From contig CAVYXA010000003.1 in the NCBI GenBank assembly GCA_963772365.1, forward strand, positions 480,001-544,000: a stretch of DNA of 64,000 bases, in the 5' to 3' direction. Positions 16,359 to 28,100 of this stretch are shown piece by piece; the first letter of the stretch is position 1; each line of letters begins with the position of its first letter. The stretch is from an uncultured Verrucomicrobiae bacterium. GTDB taxonomy: Bacteria; Verrucomicrobiota; Verrucomicrobiia; Chthoniobacterales; UBA10450. Under the pieces are notes generated by a model. It searched no databases and was not told the DNA's origin. It worked only from the letters and a program-made list of their open reading frames with translations. Position numbers and translations under genes: made by a program.

Positions 16359-19118
16359 ATGAGTCAGAATTACAAGGACACGCTCAACCTGCCGCGCACG
16401 GAATTTCCGATGAAAGCGAATCTGCCTGCGCGTGAGCCGGAAATCCTGCGGATGTGGCACGAAACGCGTATTTACGAGCAGATCCAGAAATCGCGGCAAG
16501 ATCGACAATTATTCGTTCTGCACGATGGACCGCCTTTTGCCAATGGCGACGTTCACATGGGCACAGCCCTCAACAAGATCCTCAAGGACTTCGTGGTGAA
16601 ATCGCAAACCATGCTCGGAAAGAGGGCGCCGTATGTGCCGGGCTGGGACTGCCACGGATTGCCTATCGAATACAAGGTAGTAAAGGAATCCCGCGGGCTT
16701 TCGCCGCTGGAAGTACGGAAGCGCTCCGAAGCGTTTGCCCGCAAATATGTCGATATTCAGCGCGAGCAATTCAAGCGGCTTGGAGCGTTAGGAGATTGGG
16801 AGCATCCCTATCTCACTCTCGATCCAAAATACGAAGCCGAGATTCTGCGAGCGTTTGCTGTTTTTGTTGAGAAAGACCTCGTCTATCAATCGCTCAAGCC
16901 AGTTTTCTGGAGCACTGGCGCGCAGACTGCACTCGCCGAAGCCGAAGTAGAATATCAGGAGCGCGACGACGCTGCTGTTTACGTGGAATTTCCAATATCA
17001 AGCGGCGATTGGCGGGACAAAGCGAGCATCGCGATCTGGACGACGACGCCGTGGACTTTGCCTGCCAATCTCGCGATCGCTGTCGATCCGAAGGAGCTCT
17101 ACGTGATCCAAGAATTTTCGCGCGACGGAGTCACAAAGACGCTCCTTCTAGCTGACAAGCTCGTTCCGCAATTTTGCGCAAACACCGGTTTTGATCCGGT
17201 CGGTGAACCGAAGGCCTCTTTTCCCGGTAGCAAGATTGAGAACACCAAAACGCTTCATCCGTTTTTGGATCGCGAAGCAATCGTCCTGGCAGCGGGTTTC
17301 GTCACGATGGACACGGGCACCGGCGCCGTGCATGTCGCGCCAGGACATGGTGCGGATGATTATGCGTTGGGAAGCGCCAACAAATTGTCGATCTTATCAC
17401 CCGTCGACGATCATGGCCGGTTCAGCGACGAAGCGGGTCTGCCGAATCTTACCGGCAAATACGTTTTCGATGCCAACATCGACATCGTCCATTTGCTGAG
17501 GGAGCGCGGCAAGTTGTTAGGGGAGCAAAAGTTTCATCACTCCTATCCATATTGCTGGCGCTCAAAAACTCCGATCATCTTTCGCGCAGTCGAGCAATTC
17601 TTCATCCGCATCGACGAGCTGCGCGCCAGGGCACTCGAGGCCATTCATAAAGAAGTCACCTGGATTCCGGCTTGGGGAGAAAATCGAATCGCCGGTACGG
17701 TCGAGTCACGCCCCGATTGGGTGATTTCCCGGCAACGAAGCTGGGGTGTGCCGCTGCCCGTTTTTTATTCGCCGGATGGCAAAGCGATTGTCGATGCAAA
17801 AACAATCCGCAAGCTGGCCGATATAGTAAGCGAGCGGGGTTCGAACATCTGGTTCGAATTGAGCGACGCTGACCTGGCAAGGGAACTTGGGCTCCCGCCC
17901 GGCACGACCAAACGCAACGACACCATCGACGTTTGGATCGACAGCGGCGTTTCGCACAAGGCGGTTTGTGCGATTCACCCCGAACTGCGCGATCCGGCGG
18001 ACATGTACCTGGAAGCGACGGACCAACATCGCGGCTGGTTTCAATCCTCGCTGATGACCAGCATCGCGTTGAATGATCGCGCGCCCTATAAAATCTGCGT
18101 GACTCACGGGTTTGTTGTCGATCTTGACGGCAAGAAAATTTCCAAATCCGGAACTTACGATAAGCCGATGGATGCCGGGCATTTTGTTGGCCGACACGGG
18201 GCCGATTTGGTCCGGCTTTGGGCGAGCAGTATTAACTACACGGATGATGTTCCTTTTTCGGAAGAAATGTTCACCAGGCTCGGTGATACTTATCGCCGGA
18301 TTCGAAATACGTTACGGATTTTGCTAGGAAATCTCTTCGATTTTCCTGTAGCGCTCTATGAGCGTCGCCATTCGAGGGAAGAAAGTTTGCGACGGTCGCA
18401 GACCGCCGCTACAGAAGAGAAGGATTTCACGTTGGTGGATCGCTGGATTGTGGCGCGGTTAAATGAAGTGATTCGGGAATGTCGGGCGGCGTATGAAGCA
18501 TTCGAGTTTCACAAAGTCTATCACACGCTCAATCAGTTTTGCGCTGTGGATCTGAGCAGTCTTTACATCGATATCACCAAGGACCGTATGTATTGCGATG
18601 CGCCCTATTCACCACGGCGCCGCGCGACACAGTCAGTGATGAAAGAGGTCTTCGATACGCTGTGCAAATTGCTCGCGCCGGTTCTTGCATTTACGGCCGA
18701 GGAAGCCTGGCGGTATTCGGAGCCGCGGGGATCCATTCATCTTCAGGAGTTTCCTAAACCAAAAGAGACGGATGGCAAAGTAAGCAGCGACGTCGCAGAG
18801 TTATTGAAGCTACGCGGGATTATTGGTCAGGCGATCGAGCGAGCACGACAGGACAAATTGATCGGCAACGCTTTGGAGGCGGCGGTGAGTTTGACCTCCG
18901 ATTCAAAGGTAACGGCGAAGATCGACAAGCAGGAGCTGGAGGAATTCTTTATTCTGAGCGATCTCACGATTCAGCAGGGGAAAGAAGCGAGCGCTTCAGT
19001 CAGTAAAACCACTTACCGCAAATGCGTTCGTTGCTGGCGTCATCGGCCCGAAGTGGGTCAGAGCAAAGCGCAGCCGGAATTGTGCAATCGGTGCGAAAGC
19101 GTGATCGCTTTGCGATAG
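16359..19118 (+). CDS. ileS: Isoleucine--tRNA ligase (type 1)
   Basis: LHDGPPFANGDVHMGT, GWDCHGLP, KISKS, C-terminal CVRCW/CNRC zinc site. Confidence 0.97.
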   Translation: MSQNYKDTLNLPRTEFPMKANLPAREPEILRMWHETRIYEQIQKSRQDRQLFVLHDGPPFANGDVHMGTALNKILKDFVVKSQTMLGKRAPYVPGWDCHGLPIEYKVVKESRGLSPLEVRKRSEAFARKYVDIQREQFKRLGALGDWEHPYLTLDPKYEAEILRAFAVFVEKDLVYQSLKPVFWSTGAQTALAEAEVEYQERDDAAVYVEFPISSGDWRDKASIAIWTTTPWTLPANLAIAVDPKELYVIQEFSRDGVTKTLLLADKLVPQFCANTGFDPVGEPKASFPGSKIENTKTLHPFLDREAIVLAAGFVTMDTGTGAVHVAPGHGADDYALGSANKLSILSPVDDHGRFSDEAGLPNLTGKYVFDANIDIVHLLRERGKLLGEQKFHHSYPYCWRSKTPIIFRAVEQFFIRIDELRARALEAIHKEVTWIPAWGENRIAGTVESRPDWVISRQRSWGVPLPVFYSPDGKAIVDAKTIRKLADIVSERGSNIWFELSDADLARELGLPPGTTKRNDTIDVWIDSGVSHKAVCAIHPELRDPADMYLEATDQHRGWFQSSLMTSIALNDRAPYKICVTHGFVVDLDGKKISKSGTYDKPMDAGHFVGRHGADLVRLWASSINYTDDVPFSEEMFTRLGDTYRRIRNTLRILLGNLFDFPVALYERRHSREESLRRSQTAATEEKDFTLVDRWIVARLNEVIRECRAAYEAFEFHKVYHTLNQFCAVDLSSLYIDITKDRMYCDAPYSPRRRATQSVMKEVFDTLCKLLAPVLAFTAEEAWRYSEPRGSIHLQEFPKPKETDGKVSSDVAELLKLRGIIGQAIERARQDKLIGNALEAAVSLTSDSKVTAKIDKQELEEFFILSDLTIQQGKEASASVSKTTYRKCVRCWRHRPEVGQSKAQPELCNRCESVIALR
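18347..18413. repeat. REP-like doublet (family A) inserted in frame in ileS
   Basis: TGTAGCGCTCTATGAGCGTCGC ... GCGACGGTCGCAGACCGCCGCTACA; encodes VALYERRHSREESLRRSQTAAT. Confidence 0.85.
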
Positions 19119-19315
19119 GCAGATTTCACTCGGTCGTCGATCCTCGGTCGACTTGGGCAAAATAAAGGGATCCGGATCGCTGTTGCATCCTGCAGAAGTT
19201 CCGAGGGTCAATGCACGACGCGAAATAGGTATGATCGAGGAATCTCTTGCCATTTGTAAGCAGAATAATGAAAGGTGTCACCGGCCGGCTGAAGTGCTGA
19301 AGCTGCAGGGTCGAC

Positions 19316-19831
19316 ATGAGGTTCATCTTTTTTCTATCCATCCCGCTTTACGCGTTAGATCAATGGACAAAATATCTGGTAGTGCAAAACATCGATCCTC
19401 ATCAACCGCGCAACCTCATTCCGGATTTTTTCGAGCTTGTGCGTATCACGAACACCGGCGCGGCATTCGGATCCTTCAAGAACAATAACGCTTTCTTCAT
19501 CGCGATTTCCTGTATCGCGTTGATTTTCGTTCTGGTGCTTTTATTACGGCGCCGTGCACCGGATGCCTGGCGGGATATTTCCCTTGCGCTGTTGCTGGCT
19601 GGAATCCTCGGGAATCTGACCGATCGTCTCCTGCACGGTTACGTGATCGATTTCCTCCTGTTCGATTTACACATTCCGTATGCTCATCCTTGGCCGGCCT
19701 TCAATATCGCCGATTCCTGCATCACAATTGCAGTAGTCTTTTTTCTCGTACATTCCTTTCACCAGGCTAGATCTGGCGAAAAAAAGCAAGTTGCACATGC
19801 AAATCGGATGGAGTCGCAACATCCGGGGTGA
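19316..19831 (+). CDS. lspA: Signal peptidase II
   Basis: DQWTK, NTGAAFG, GNLTDRL, VIDF, FNIADS; follows ileS. Confidence 0.95.
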   Translation: MRFIFFLSIPLYALDQWTKYLVVQNIDPHQPRNLIPDFFELVRITNTGAAFGSFKNNNAFFIAISCIALIFVLVLLLRRRAPDAWRDISLALLLAGILGNLTDRLLHGYVIDFLLFDLHIPYAHPWPAFNIADSCITIAVVFFLVHSFHQARSGEKKQVAHANRMESQHPG

Positions 19832-19870
19832 ATGGCGCGAGCGTATTATTGCGGCATCCCGCTTATCGGC

Positions 19871-20517
19871 TCAGCCTGTCGCGGCAAGCGCAAGTAATTC
19901 GCGGACTTCTTCGTCACTCGTTTGCGAAAAATCCCGGTAGTACTGCCCCACCGCCCGGAAAAATTCTGGTGTAATAGCACAAACGATTTCATCGGCTTCC
20001 GCCTCGATCTCACGGCAAGTTTCGGGCGGTCCAACCGGGACGGCTACGACAATTTTTGCCGCGCCTGATTGACGCAATGCTTTAACCGCCGCGCGCATGG
20101 TTGCACCGGTGGCAAGGCCATCGTCAACAAGGATGATAATCGATCGCGCAATTGCGGTGGCGGTCGACCGGCCCGATAACTTTGCTCGCGCCGCTCCAGT
20201 TCGGCCTTTTCTCGCCTTGTCACCGATTCAATAATTTCGTCGGAGTGTGGCAATGCGCGAACGACATCTTCATTCAGAACGCGCACGCCACCCGAAGCAA
20301 TTGCACCCGCAGCCAATTCCTCGAAGCCGGGCACACCGAGCTTGCGAACGAGAAAAACATCGAGAGGCGCCTGCAAAGCCTTTGCTACTTCATATGCCAC
20401 CGGAACACCTCCGCGGGGCAATCCCAGCACAATGACGTCGTTGCGCCCCGCGTAGTCTTTTAGTTTTTCGGCCAGGAATCGCCCGGCCTCAGCTCGATCC
20501 GCAAAAGTTGCGTCCAT
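19871..20517 (-). CDS. Phosphoribosyltransferase family protein (frameshift near 20140)
   Basis: [18 protein letters not shown], then [12 protein letters not shown] and [17 protein letters not shown] in the other frame. Confidence 0.85.
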
Positions 20518-20593
20518 AAAATTCGCGCTTCGCTGAAAATTTCACCTGTTCGATGTGCAAACGCTCTTGGCACGCCAATCTCAATTCGATCGC

Positions 20594-22114
20594 TTATCCT
20601 TCCGGCGCCAATTCGGGGGATCCGACAACGCGAGTCGGAACGAGCCGTAGCGATGGCCCCGTCGTTTCCTCAGCCTCAGACGGACCCGCTTCGTGATACT
20701 CGGCGTCCCCGTTGACTTGCCAAAGGTCGTAAAGCCTGCTGTCGGCCAGAATGTTTTCCACACAGAGCATGGCGGTCATCATGGCGTGGTCTTGATTGTT
20801 ATATTTATGCATTCCGTTGCGACCAACCAGGTGCAAATTGGGATAGCGATCTTCCAGTTCCTGTCGAATTACCGCAATGTGACTAGCGTAGTCGTCATCG
20901 TAAACCGGGTAAGCTTTTTTCTGACGAACGACCGTCCCATCGACAATGTCACCCTTTTTGGCCAGGCCGATCTGCATCAATTCGCGCCTGGCAAGCTGGA
21001 TCAGCTCCTCATCGGTAGAATTCCAAAGGCCATCGTGCTCGAAACAGAAGTATTCCAATCCATAACAAGCCTTGCCGCTATCCGGCACCATTTCCGGCGA
21101 CCAGGAACGGAAATTTTGTATTCGCCCCACTTTAACCTTGGGATCGTGGATGTAGATCCAATTGTCGGAAAACATGTTTCGCTCTTTCAAGATGAGCATC
21201 ACCGTGAGGAAGTCGCGGTACTTCAAGCTTTCCGCAGCATGCCGGGTTCGATCACTTACCGAAGGCGTGAGGCCGCGCACGAGTGATCGAATCGGGGCGG
21301 AGGAAATTATATGCTCGGCTTCGATTCTACCGCTGCTGCCTTGTCGATCCTCGAATTCAACAGTCCAGGTGCGAGATTCTTCGCTGTAGGAACAATGCGT
21401 CACCTTGCGACTCATGTCGATCCTGCCGCCCAATGCCTTTATTTTTTTCGCGCAGGCTTCCCACATCATACCGGGGCCACGGCGGGGATAGCGGAACGAG
21501 TGGATCAAGGTTTTGATCACCTTGGAACGATCGCCGTTGTAACGTTGCGGCAGCAGCGCATTCTTGATCGCGCTTCCAAGAGATAAACCTTTTATCCGCT
21601 GCGCCGCCCAATCCGCGGAGATTTCTTTGCAGCTCATCCCCCAAACCTTTTCGGTGTAGCTCTTGAAGAAAATATCGAATAGGCGGCGGCCAAATTGATT
21701 ACTCACCCAGTCTTCGAAGTTGCGCGGCTCGCGGACCGGAACCAGACGCGCCTTCATCCAGGAAAAAATGCAAAGGCAGGATCGGAAAACACCAAGCTTG
21801 ATTAGCGCTTCGAAAGGTTTGAGCGGATAAGAAAAAAACTTCCCATTGTAAAAAATTCGCGACGAGCGCGGCCGCACCAGCATGTCATCAGGCAGAATCT
21901 CGGTCCAAAGATCCTCGACTGCCTTGGACTTGGAAAAGAACCGATGGCCGCCGATGTCGAAATGAAACCCCTTGTATGTGACGGTGCGCGAAATGCCGCC
22001 GACATAATGCGGATCGGCTTCCAAGATGACCGTGTCGATGCCGTTCTTCGAGAGGAGGTAACCCGCAGTCAACCCAGCGGGTCCGGCGCCGATGATAGCG
22101 ACATTCGTTTTCAT
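20594..22114 (-). CDS. FAD-dependent oxidoreductase (HemY/Glf-like, glycan-associated)
   Basis: [35 protein letters not shown]. Confidence 0.85.
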   Translation of the reverse strand: MKTNVAIIGAGPAGLTAGYLLSKNGIDTVILEADPHYVGGISRTVTYKGFHFDIGGHRFFSKSKAVEDLWTEILPDDMLVRPRSSRIFYNGKFFSYPLKPFEALIKLGVFRSCLCIFSWMKARLVPVREPRNFEDWVSNQFGRRLFDIFFKSYTEKVWGMSCKEISADWAAQRIKGLSLGSAIKNALLPQRYNGDRSKVIKTLIHSFRYPRRGPGMMWEACAKKIKALGGRIDMSRKVTHCSYSEESRTWTVEFEDRQGSSGRIEAEHIISSAPIRSLVRGLTPSVSDRTRHAAESLKYRDFLTVMLILKERNMFSDNWIYIHDPKVKVGRIQNFRSWSPEMVPDSGKACYGLEYFCFEHDGLWNSTDEELIQLARRELMQIGLAKKGDIVDGTVVRQKKAYPVYDDDYASHIAVIRQELEDRYPNLHLVGRNGMHKYNNQDHAMMTAMLCVENILADSRLYDLWQVNGDAEYHEAGPSEAEETTGPSLRLVPTRVVGSPELAPEG

Positions 22115-22118
22115 CGCC

Positions 22119-23339
22119 TTATGCAATCCAGTTGCCGCGGGTGAAATTCCAGAGATACCACCCTTGTAAGCTCAGCCCGGCAGCGCAGGCCAAAATGATG
22201 GCTAAAATTCCCAGAGCTCGAACGAAGGCCGGTGTCTGCTGAACCTGGCGCAACAAATTTAATACGCCCAGCACGATGAGGGCGTGGACGCAAAATTCGT
22301 AGCGCAGCATGCTTTCCATGTTCACGCACGCCACGCCGCTCACCGAAACGTAATAGATGACAGCAGCACAAAAATAGATGCCGGCGCGGGTCGGCCAGTT
22401 TGCGCGTTCATGGATCGCTGGAACGAACTCGCAGATAACGATGGGAACAAAAAGCAGCGCGCCCAGCGTCATCGACATTTGGCTTGTCTGCGTTGGGTTA
22501 TCGAGCGCCGGAATGAGCCAGTGGTAACTCGATGGCTTAAACACCGCTAGATAATCGGGCACGATCCCCCAACCGGCTGCTTGAGTCAGCATGTAAAGAT
22601 TCCAGTTTCCCCAGCGCAATTGGCAATAGGCGAAAAACGCGAGAGCGCCGCTTGTCGCGACAACCATCAGAGCCGCCGCTCGCACGTAAACGCGAAACCA
22701 CGTAGTGGGCTGGCGTAGTCCTTCCCATCCGTTAGCGACGATTGAGCGTACAAGCGGGAAAGCCGCACACGGAATTCCTACAATCCGAGTGGAGCACATG
22801 AGAATGCCGTGAATCGCGCCCAAGAATTTTGGGGTTCGACTATCTATGCTGGTCCAATAGATGAATCCCATCAAAGCCAAGAGAAAGAGCGATTCGGAAT
22901 AAGCAGCGATCAAAAAGAAAGCAGCCGGATGAGCAAGGATCGACAGTGCACCGAAAAATTGCAGTGAGGGTGAAACATTCCAGCGTTGGCAAAAGAGAAA
23001 GAAATAGCTCCAAAAACCCCAGGCAGCGATCTGGGCAGCGATGAGGAGCGCATTCGAGGTGGCGAGATGAAAGCCGTAGTGAAGCAGCGCGGCGATAGCT
23101 GGATAACCCGGAAAGAACGCGACATTTGAAACTTCCATTACCTTTTGATTGATCGGAGGCACCGGCGTGCCATAACCGCGATCGATGATGTTCATGAACC
23201 AGTAACTGTCATGTTGAACCAAAGTGGAATAACGATAGGAAAGCGGCCCTTCCGGCGCCAAAAGGAGAACGGCCGCCGCGATTTGGGCGAGGGTAAGAGA
23301 TAATCCCGCGAACAAAGAAAGGAATTGTGACCGGCTCAT
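22119..23339 (-). CDS. GT-C type membrane glycosyltransferase (PIG-V-like mannosyltransferase family)
   Basis: [30 protein letters not shown], many TM segments. Confidence 0.75.
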   Translation of the reverse strand: MSRSQFLSLFAGLSLTLAQIAAAVLLLAPEGPLSYRYSTLVQHDSYWFMNIIDRGYGTPVPPINQKVMEVSNVAFFPGYPAIAALLHYGFHLATSNALLIAAQIAAWGFWSYFFLFCQRWNVSPSLQFFGALSILAHPAAFFLIAAYSESLFLLALMGFIYWTSIDSRTPKFLGAIHGILMCSTRIVGIPCAAFPLVRSIVANGWEGLRQPTTWFRVYVRAAALMVVATSGALAFFAYCQLRWGNWNLYMLTQAAGWGIVPDYLAVFKPSSYHWLIPALDNPTQTSQMSMTLGALLFVPIVICEFVPAIHERANWPTRAGIYFCAAVIYYVSVSGVACVNMESMLRYEFCVHALIVLGVLNLLRQVQQTPAFVRALGILAIILACAAGLSLQGWYLWNFTRGNWIA

Positions 23340-23502
23340 CACGGGATCAGGACAATCTCTGGAGAAGACCGAAACGTTTGACGTATGGCAAGTACTTCCG
23401 GGCAAAACAAAACGCGCGGTCAGAAACGGGCAATCTATTAAATCCATGGTCCCCTGGAGCAGGAATTTGACGGATCGAATCTCTGTTTATTCGCGAGCGC
23501 GA

Positions 23503-24954
23503 TTATGCAACTGCTTCGTTCTCCGTGCCCAGAAGTTCCCGGTAAACTTCTTCATATCGCCGGGCCGATGTCTCCCACGAAAATTGCTTCGACATCGCGC
23601 GCTTCATCAACTCCATCCACAGTTCCCGATTTTGAAAAGTTTCTCGGGCCCGTTTGATAGCGTCCCAAAAGGCCTCGGTCGAGTAATCGTAAAAAAGAAA
23701 CCCATATCCCGTCTCCAGAGTTGGATCATAATCGGCAATGATCTCATGGATGCCGCCGGTTGCCCTGGCCACGGGAAGCGCGCCGTAAGCGAGATTATAC
23801 ATTGCGCTGAGGCCGGCCGGTTCGACCCGCGACGGGATCAGGCTAATATCCATGCCGGCCTCGATTACATGCGCTGTTTTTTCGTCGTAGCTTTTTTGAT
23901 AGGCAAATTTCGTGGGAAATTTGCGGGCCGTGACGGCCAGAGCCGTTTCAAAGGCAGGGTCGCCTTCGCCCAGGATAATCAGCCGCACGTCGTCCGAAAG
24001 GAGTCGGTCGAGAAGCGGGACGAGGATTTCGAATCCTTTTTCCTTAACCACCCTTGTCACCATGCCAAAGACTGGTCCAATCGGATCAGGGGCCAGCCGC
24101 AATCCCCCTAACAAAGCCTGGCGAGAAATCTCTTTCCCCAAAAACGAATTCGAACCGTAATTGGCCGGCAGCAGTTTGTCTGTCTCTGGGTTCCATCGCT
24201 CGTAATCAGCGCCATGCAAAATGCCCAGCAGACGGTGCGCATTTTCCCGAATCACAACATCCAGACCGCATCCGCCGGCAGGCGTCTGGATCTCGCTTCG
24301 ATAATGCTCGCTCACGGTGGTGATTTTGTCGGCGTAGAGAATTCCTCCTTTGAGAAAATTGACCGCTCCGAAAAACTCGATGCCGCGCAAAGTGAAAAAC
24401 CGTTCGGGCAAATTTGTAAGCGAAAAGTCCAAACCCCAGAAACTGCCTTGCTCGGCCAGATGGTGAATGGTCAGAACCGTTTTGAACGGCAAACCATGCG
24501 CATGCACAAACACCGGGATCAGCGCGGCCGCCCAATCGTGCACATGCAAAATCTCGACCGCCGGGGATAATCGGCGCGCCAGCTCAATCACCGCTTTGCA
24601 AAAAAAGATGAAGCGCGCCGAATTATCTTCATAGGCCTGGCCGTGCTCTCCATAAATCCCCGGCCGATCGAAAAATTCATCGCAGCGAACAAAAAACAAT
24701 TGTACGTCATGGGGGCTGCGGCCTTCCAGATATTCGGCGACATAGGTTTTGTTGCCGACGCGAACATCGACAGTGACACCCGTGTCCTTCTCTTTGAACT
24801 GCGTGTCCTCGCGAATCTCCTTGTAAAATGGAAGGGCGACACTCACATCATGACCGCGCTCGCGTAAATTGTGCGGCAGCGCATCCATCACATCGATGAG
24901 CGCGCCCGCCCGCCGCATAGGCGGCCCTTCCGCACTAGCCATTAGGATTTTCAC
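23503..24954 (-). CDS. glgA: Glycogen synthase family (GT5) protein with divergent KTGG motif
   Basis: DNSARF, HVHDW, NFLKGGI, PSRVEPAGL; RAGAL in place of KTGGL. Confidence 0.8.
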   Translation of the reverse strand: MKILMASAEGPPMRRAGALIDVMDALPHNLRERGHDVSVALPFYKEIREDTQFKEKDTGVTVDVRVGNKTYVAEYLEGRSPHDVQLFFVRCDEFFDRPGIYGEHGQAYEDNSARFIFFCKAVIELARRLSPAVEILHVHDWAAALIPVFVHAHGLPFKTVLTIHHLAEQGSFWGLDFSLTNLPERFFTLRGIEFFGAVNFLKGGILYADKITTVSEHYRSEIQTPAGGCGLDVVIRENAHRLLGILHGADYERWNPETDKLLPANYGSNSFLGKEISRQALLGGLRLAPDPIGPVFGMVTRVVKEKGFEILVPLLDRLLSDDVRLIILGEGDPAFETALAVTARKFPTKFAYQKSYDEKTAHVIEAGMDISLIPSRVEPAGLSAMYNLAYGALPVARATGGIHEIIADYDPTLETGYGFLFYDYSTEAFWDAIKRARETFQNRELWMELMKRAMSKQFSWETSARRYEEVYRELLGTENEAVA

Positions 24955-25137
24955 AGAAAAAAGGCTCGGCTTTCACGCTGCGAGCATCAAGGCGAAACCT
25001 GCCGATAATTTTTAAGAAATTCCCTTGCAAAGTCGGTTGGAATCTGCTTTACACTACGCCGCTCGATCACGCCATGCGGTGGCTAACCATGTTCTTCCGC
25101 TGGCCATGTCGATCTTACCAAACACGCAATTAATCCC

Positions 25138-28100
25138 ATGAAAAAAACTTCTACTTCTATGTCTGGCGTCAGCAATGCCCGCGCGTTGCTGGCTTTTGTT
25201 CTTGTTTCTGCCGGCGCTCTGCTGGCGATTTTCAGTTTCGCGGGAATCTCATCGAAGCTGACTTCGACTGTTGATGAGCGTTTGCGCGATATGCCCGTTC
25301 CCGGCGGTCGCGTCGATGATTTGGAGCGAATGCAGATGGAATGGCATAACCGAGTGACCTATCCGACTGGCCATTTCAATCCTGAATGGATTCGGAACGC
25401 CGCCGCACAGGATTTCCAGATGGCGAGGCGCGTACCATCAGGCCTCAGGAGAACGAATTTCGGACTGGGCAAAAATGGGCCGCTGGCGGTAGAAGTGAAC
25501 GCCTTCACTGCGCTCGGGCCTCAGCCGGAACACATGACCGGCTGCCAGGGTTGCTTTGATTACGGCACAACTGAGGGACGCGTAAACACTGTCGCGATCG
25601 ATCCCACTACGACCACGAACGGCTCCATTGTCGCCTACGTCGGAACGGATGGTGGAGGGGTTTGGAAGACAACGAATTGCTGCGATGCCAGCACCACTTG
25701 GAGTGTTTTGACCGATGATGCAGCGGTAAGTACTACTTCCATCGACAGCGTCACCATCGATCCTAATAATCACAACACGATTTACGCTGGGACGGGCGAC
25801 CTCAACTTCGGTTCGTTTTCGTATGGCAGCCAGGGTATTCTGAAATCGATCAATGGCGGCGCGACTTGGAGCGTACTGGGCGCGGATGTTTTCGGCGCGG
25901 CCTATCCTGAACCGGCCGGCCAATTCCCGCAGTATCAAGCCGTGGGCAAGGTGCGCGTTGATCCGAATAACAGCAACAAAGTCGTGGCGGGAACAAAGAC
26001 GGGTCTCTACTTCTCCTACGACGGCGGCGTGAATTGGGCTGGTCCTTGCACGACTAACAGCTTTAATACGCAACGGCAGGACATCACCGGACTTGAGCTC
26101 ACCAATTTAGGCGGCGGTGTCACGCGCATTCTCGCTGCAGTGGGCACGCGCGGTTTTGCCACGAACGTACAATACGATTTGGGCAGCAATGGAGCGAACG
26201 GTCTCTACAAAGGAACGATGCCCGCCAGCGGTTGCCCGGTAGATTTCAGTCCCATCAGCGTCGATGGTAACGGATTCGTCTTTGGTACTCAGGTAGTCGG
26301 CAGCCCTTACACGACCGGCGCTGCGATGAATGGCGCGAGCGGCACGCCATACGGCGGACTCAATGTCGGCAATCAGCTTGGTCGGATGGAGATTGCGGTG
26401 GCGCCGAGTAACCCGGATTACATCTATGCTCAGGTTCAATCGATCGCTCAAAACAGCAATAGCGGTTGCGGCAATGCTAATGGCTGTCAGCTGGGCGTTT
26501 GGGTAACCACCGATGGCGGTACCTCCTGGAGTTTCCTCAATGGATCCGCCGGCGGCTCGCTTCGAAACTGCAACAATGGGCAGGGCGATTATCCACAGAA
26601 TTGGTACGACCAGGGAATCGCTGTCGATCCTAACAATCCAGACCGCCTCTTCGTCGATACATTCGATACCTGGCTGGCAGATCGGAATGGAATTTCATTC
26701 TACGATCTGACCTGCGGATATAGTGGCGGCCATGTCGTGCATGTGGACCAGCACGCGCTCGCCTTTGTGCAAGGTTCCTCCAGTATCCTGCTCAAAGGCA
26801 GTGATGGAGGAATCTTCTCCAGCCCAGACGCCGATACAGCGGTCATTGGCGTCGTAAGAAACACGTGGGTCAACATGGACACCGGGATAAACTCGATCGA
26901 GTTTTATTCCGGCGACATTAGCGGCGACTTCGCCACATCGGCAAATCCTTCTGCTGTCGGTGGCGCGCAGGATAATGGCCCAAGCTCGGCCACGTTCTCC
27001 GGCTTTCCCACTGGTCCCGTTCAATGGCAGGAAGGCTTGGGTGGTGATGGATTCTTCGCCCGTATCGACCCGGTCGGGACAGGTTCAAGTCTCCGGTTTT
27101 TCCAAGGCAACAACAGCGGTGGTCTGAGCCGATGCGTCAGTAATTGCACGTCCCCCGGAGCGAGCTGGACGAGCATTCGCCCTGGCTGGACCGGCGATAC
27201 ACAGTCGTTCATTCTGCCCTGGGATATTTTCCATGGCGGGATTGCTGGCGGCGATGATTGCGCACCGGCAGGTGTTCCCGGCGGGTGCGGGCATTTGATT
27301 GCTGGAACGACTCGGGTTTGGGAAACAATCCGAGCCACGGACGCAAGCGGTGTGAACTCGACCTGGTACATGACCAACAATCCCACGACACAAAACATGA
27401 CCAAGCAAACGCTGGGCAACCGTTCTCACATCAACCAGTTGAAGTATTCGCCGAAATACAGCAGCGTCGCGATGGTCGGCACGAACGACGCCAATGCCTG
27501 GATCGGTTTCAATCTCGGCACCGGGACGGCGAGTCAGGCCAACTGGGTCGACGTGACGGATGGGAACACCGTTCTGCCCAATCGGCCCGTGCTTAACGTC
27601 GCCCTCGATCCTACGGTTGCGGCGGCGAATGTGCCAGTCGGCTACGCGGCGGTGGGTGGCTTCAATGCGAATACGCCGACAATGCCCGGTCACGTCTTCC
27701 AAGTTACTTGCGGTGCGAATTGCGGCTCATTCACCTGGCTGGATAAAACCGGCAATCTGCCCGACATCCCGGTAGATTCCATTATCGTGAATCCGAATTT
27801 CCCGCAGCAGGTTTTCGCCGGCACGGACTTCGGACTCTATTTCACGGACGATATTACAGCGGCTTCGCCCACCTGGTACCGTTTCAACAACGGATTACCG
27901 AATACGATGATCTGGGACATGCAGATCGACCGGGGCAGCACCACGCTTTCGCTCTGGACCCGTGGTCGGGGCGCTTTCGCGTGGCCGCTCCCGATAGGGC
28001 TGATTCAAACGCTCCAGGTAAACAGCATTGCGTCGCGCAAAGTTCATGGCACGGCCGGCACGTTCGATATCGATCTTGGGCTTGATGGGAGTAACGCGAC

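Noticed and set aside
19126..19341. Small minus-strand ORF between ileS and lspA (PFIILLTNGKRF)
   Set aside because: Faint resemblance to small hypothetical proteins, but it overlaps the lspA start and looks degenerate; unsupported.
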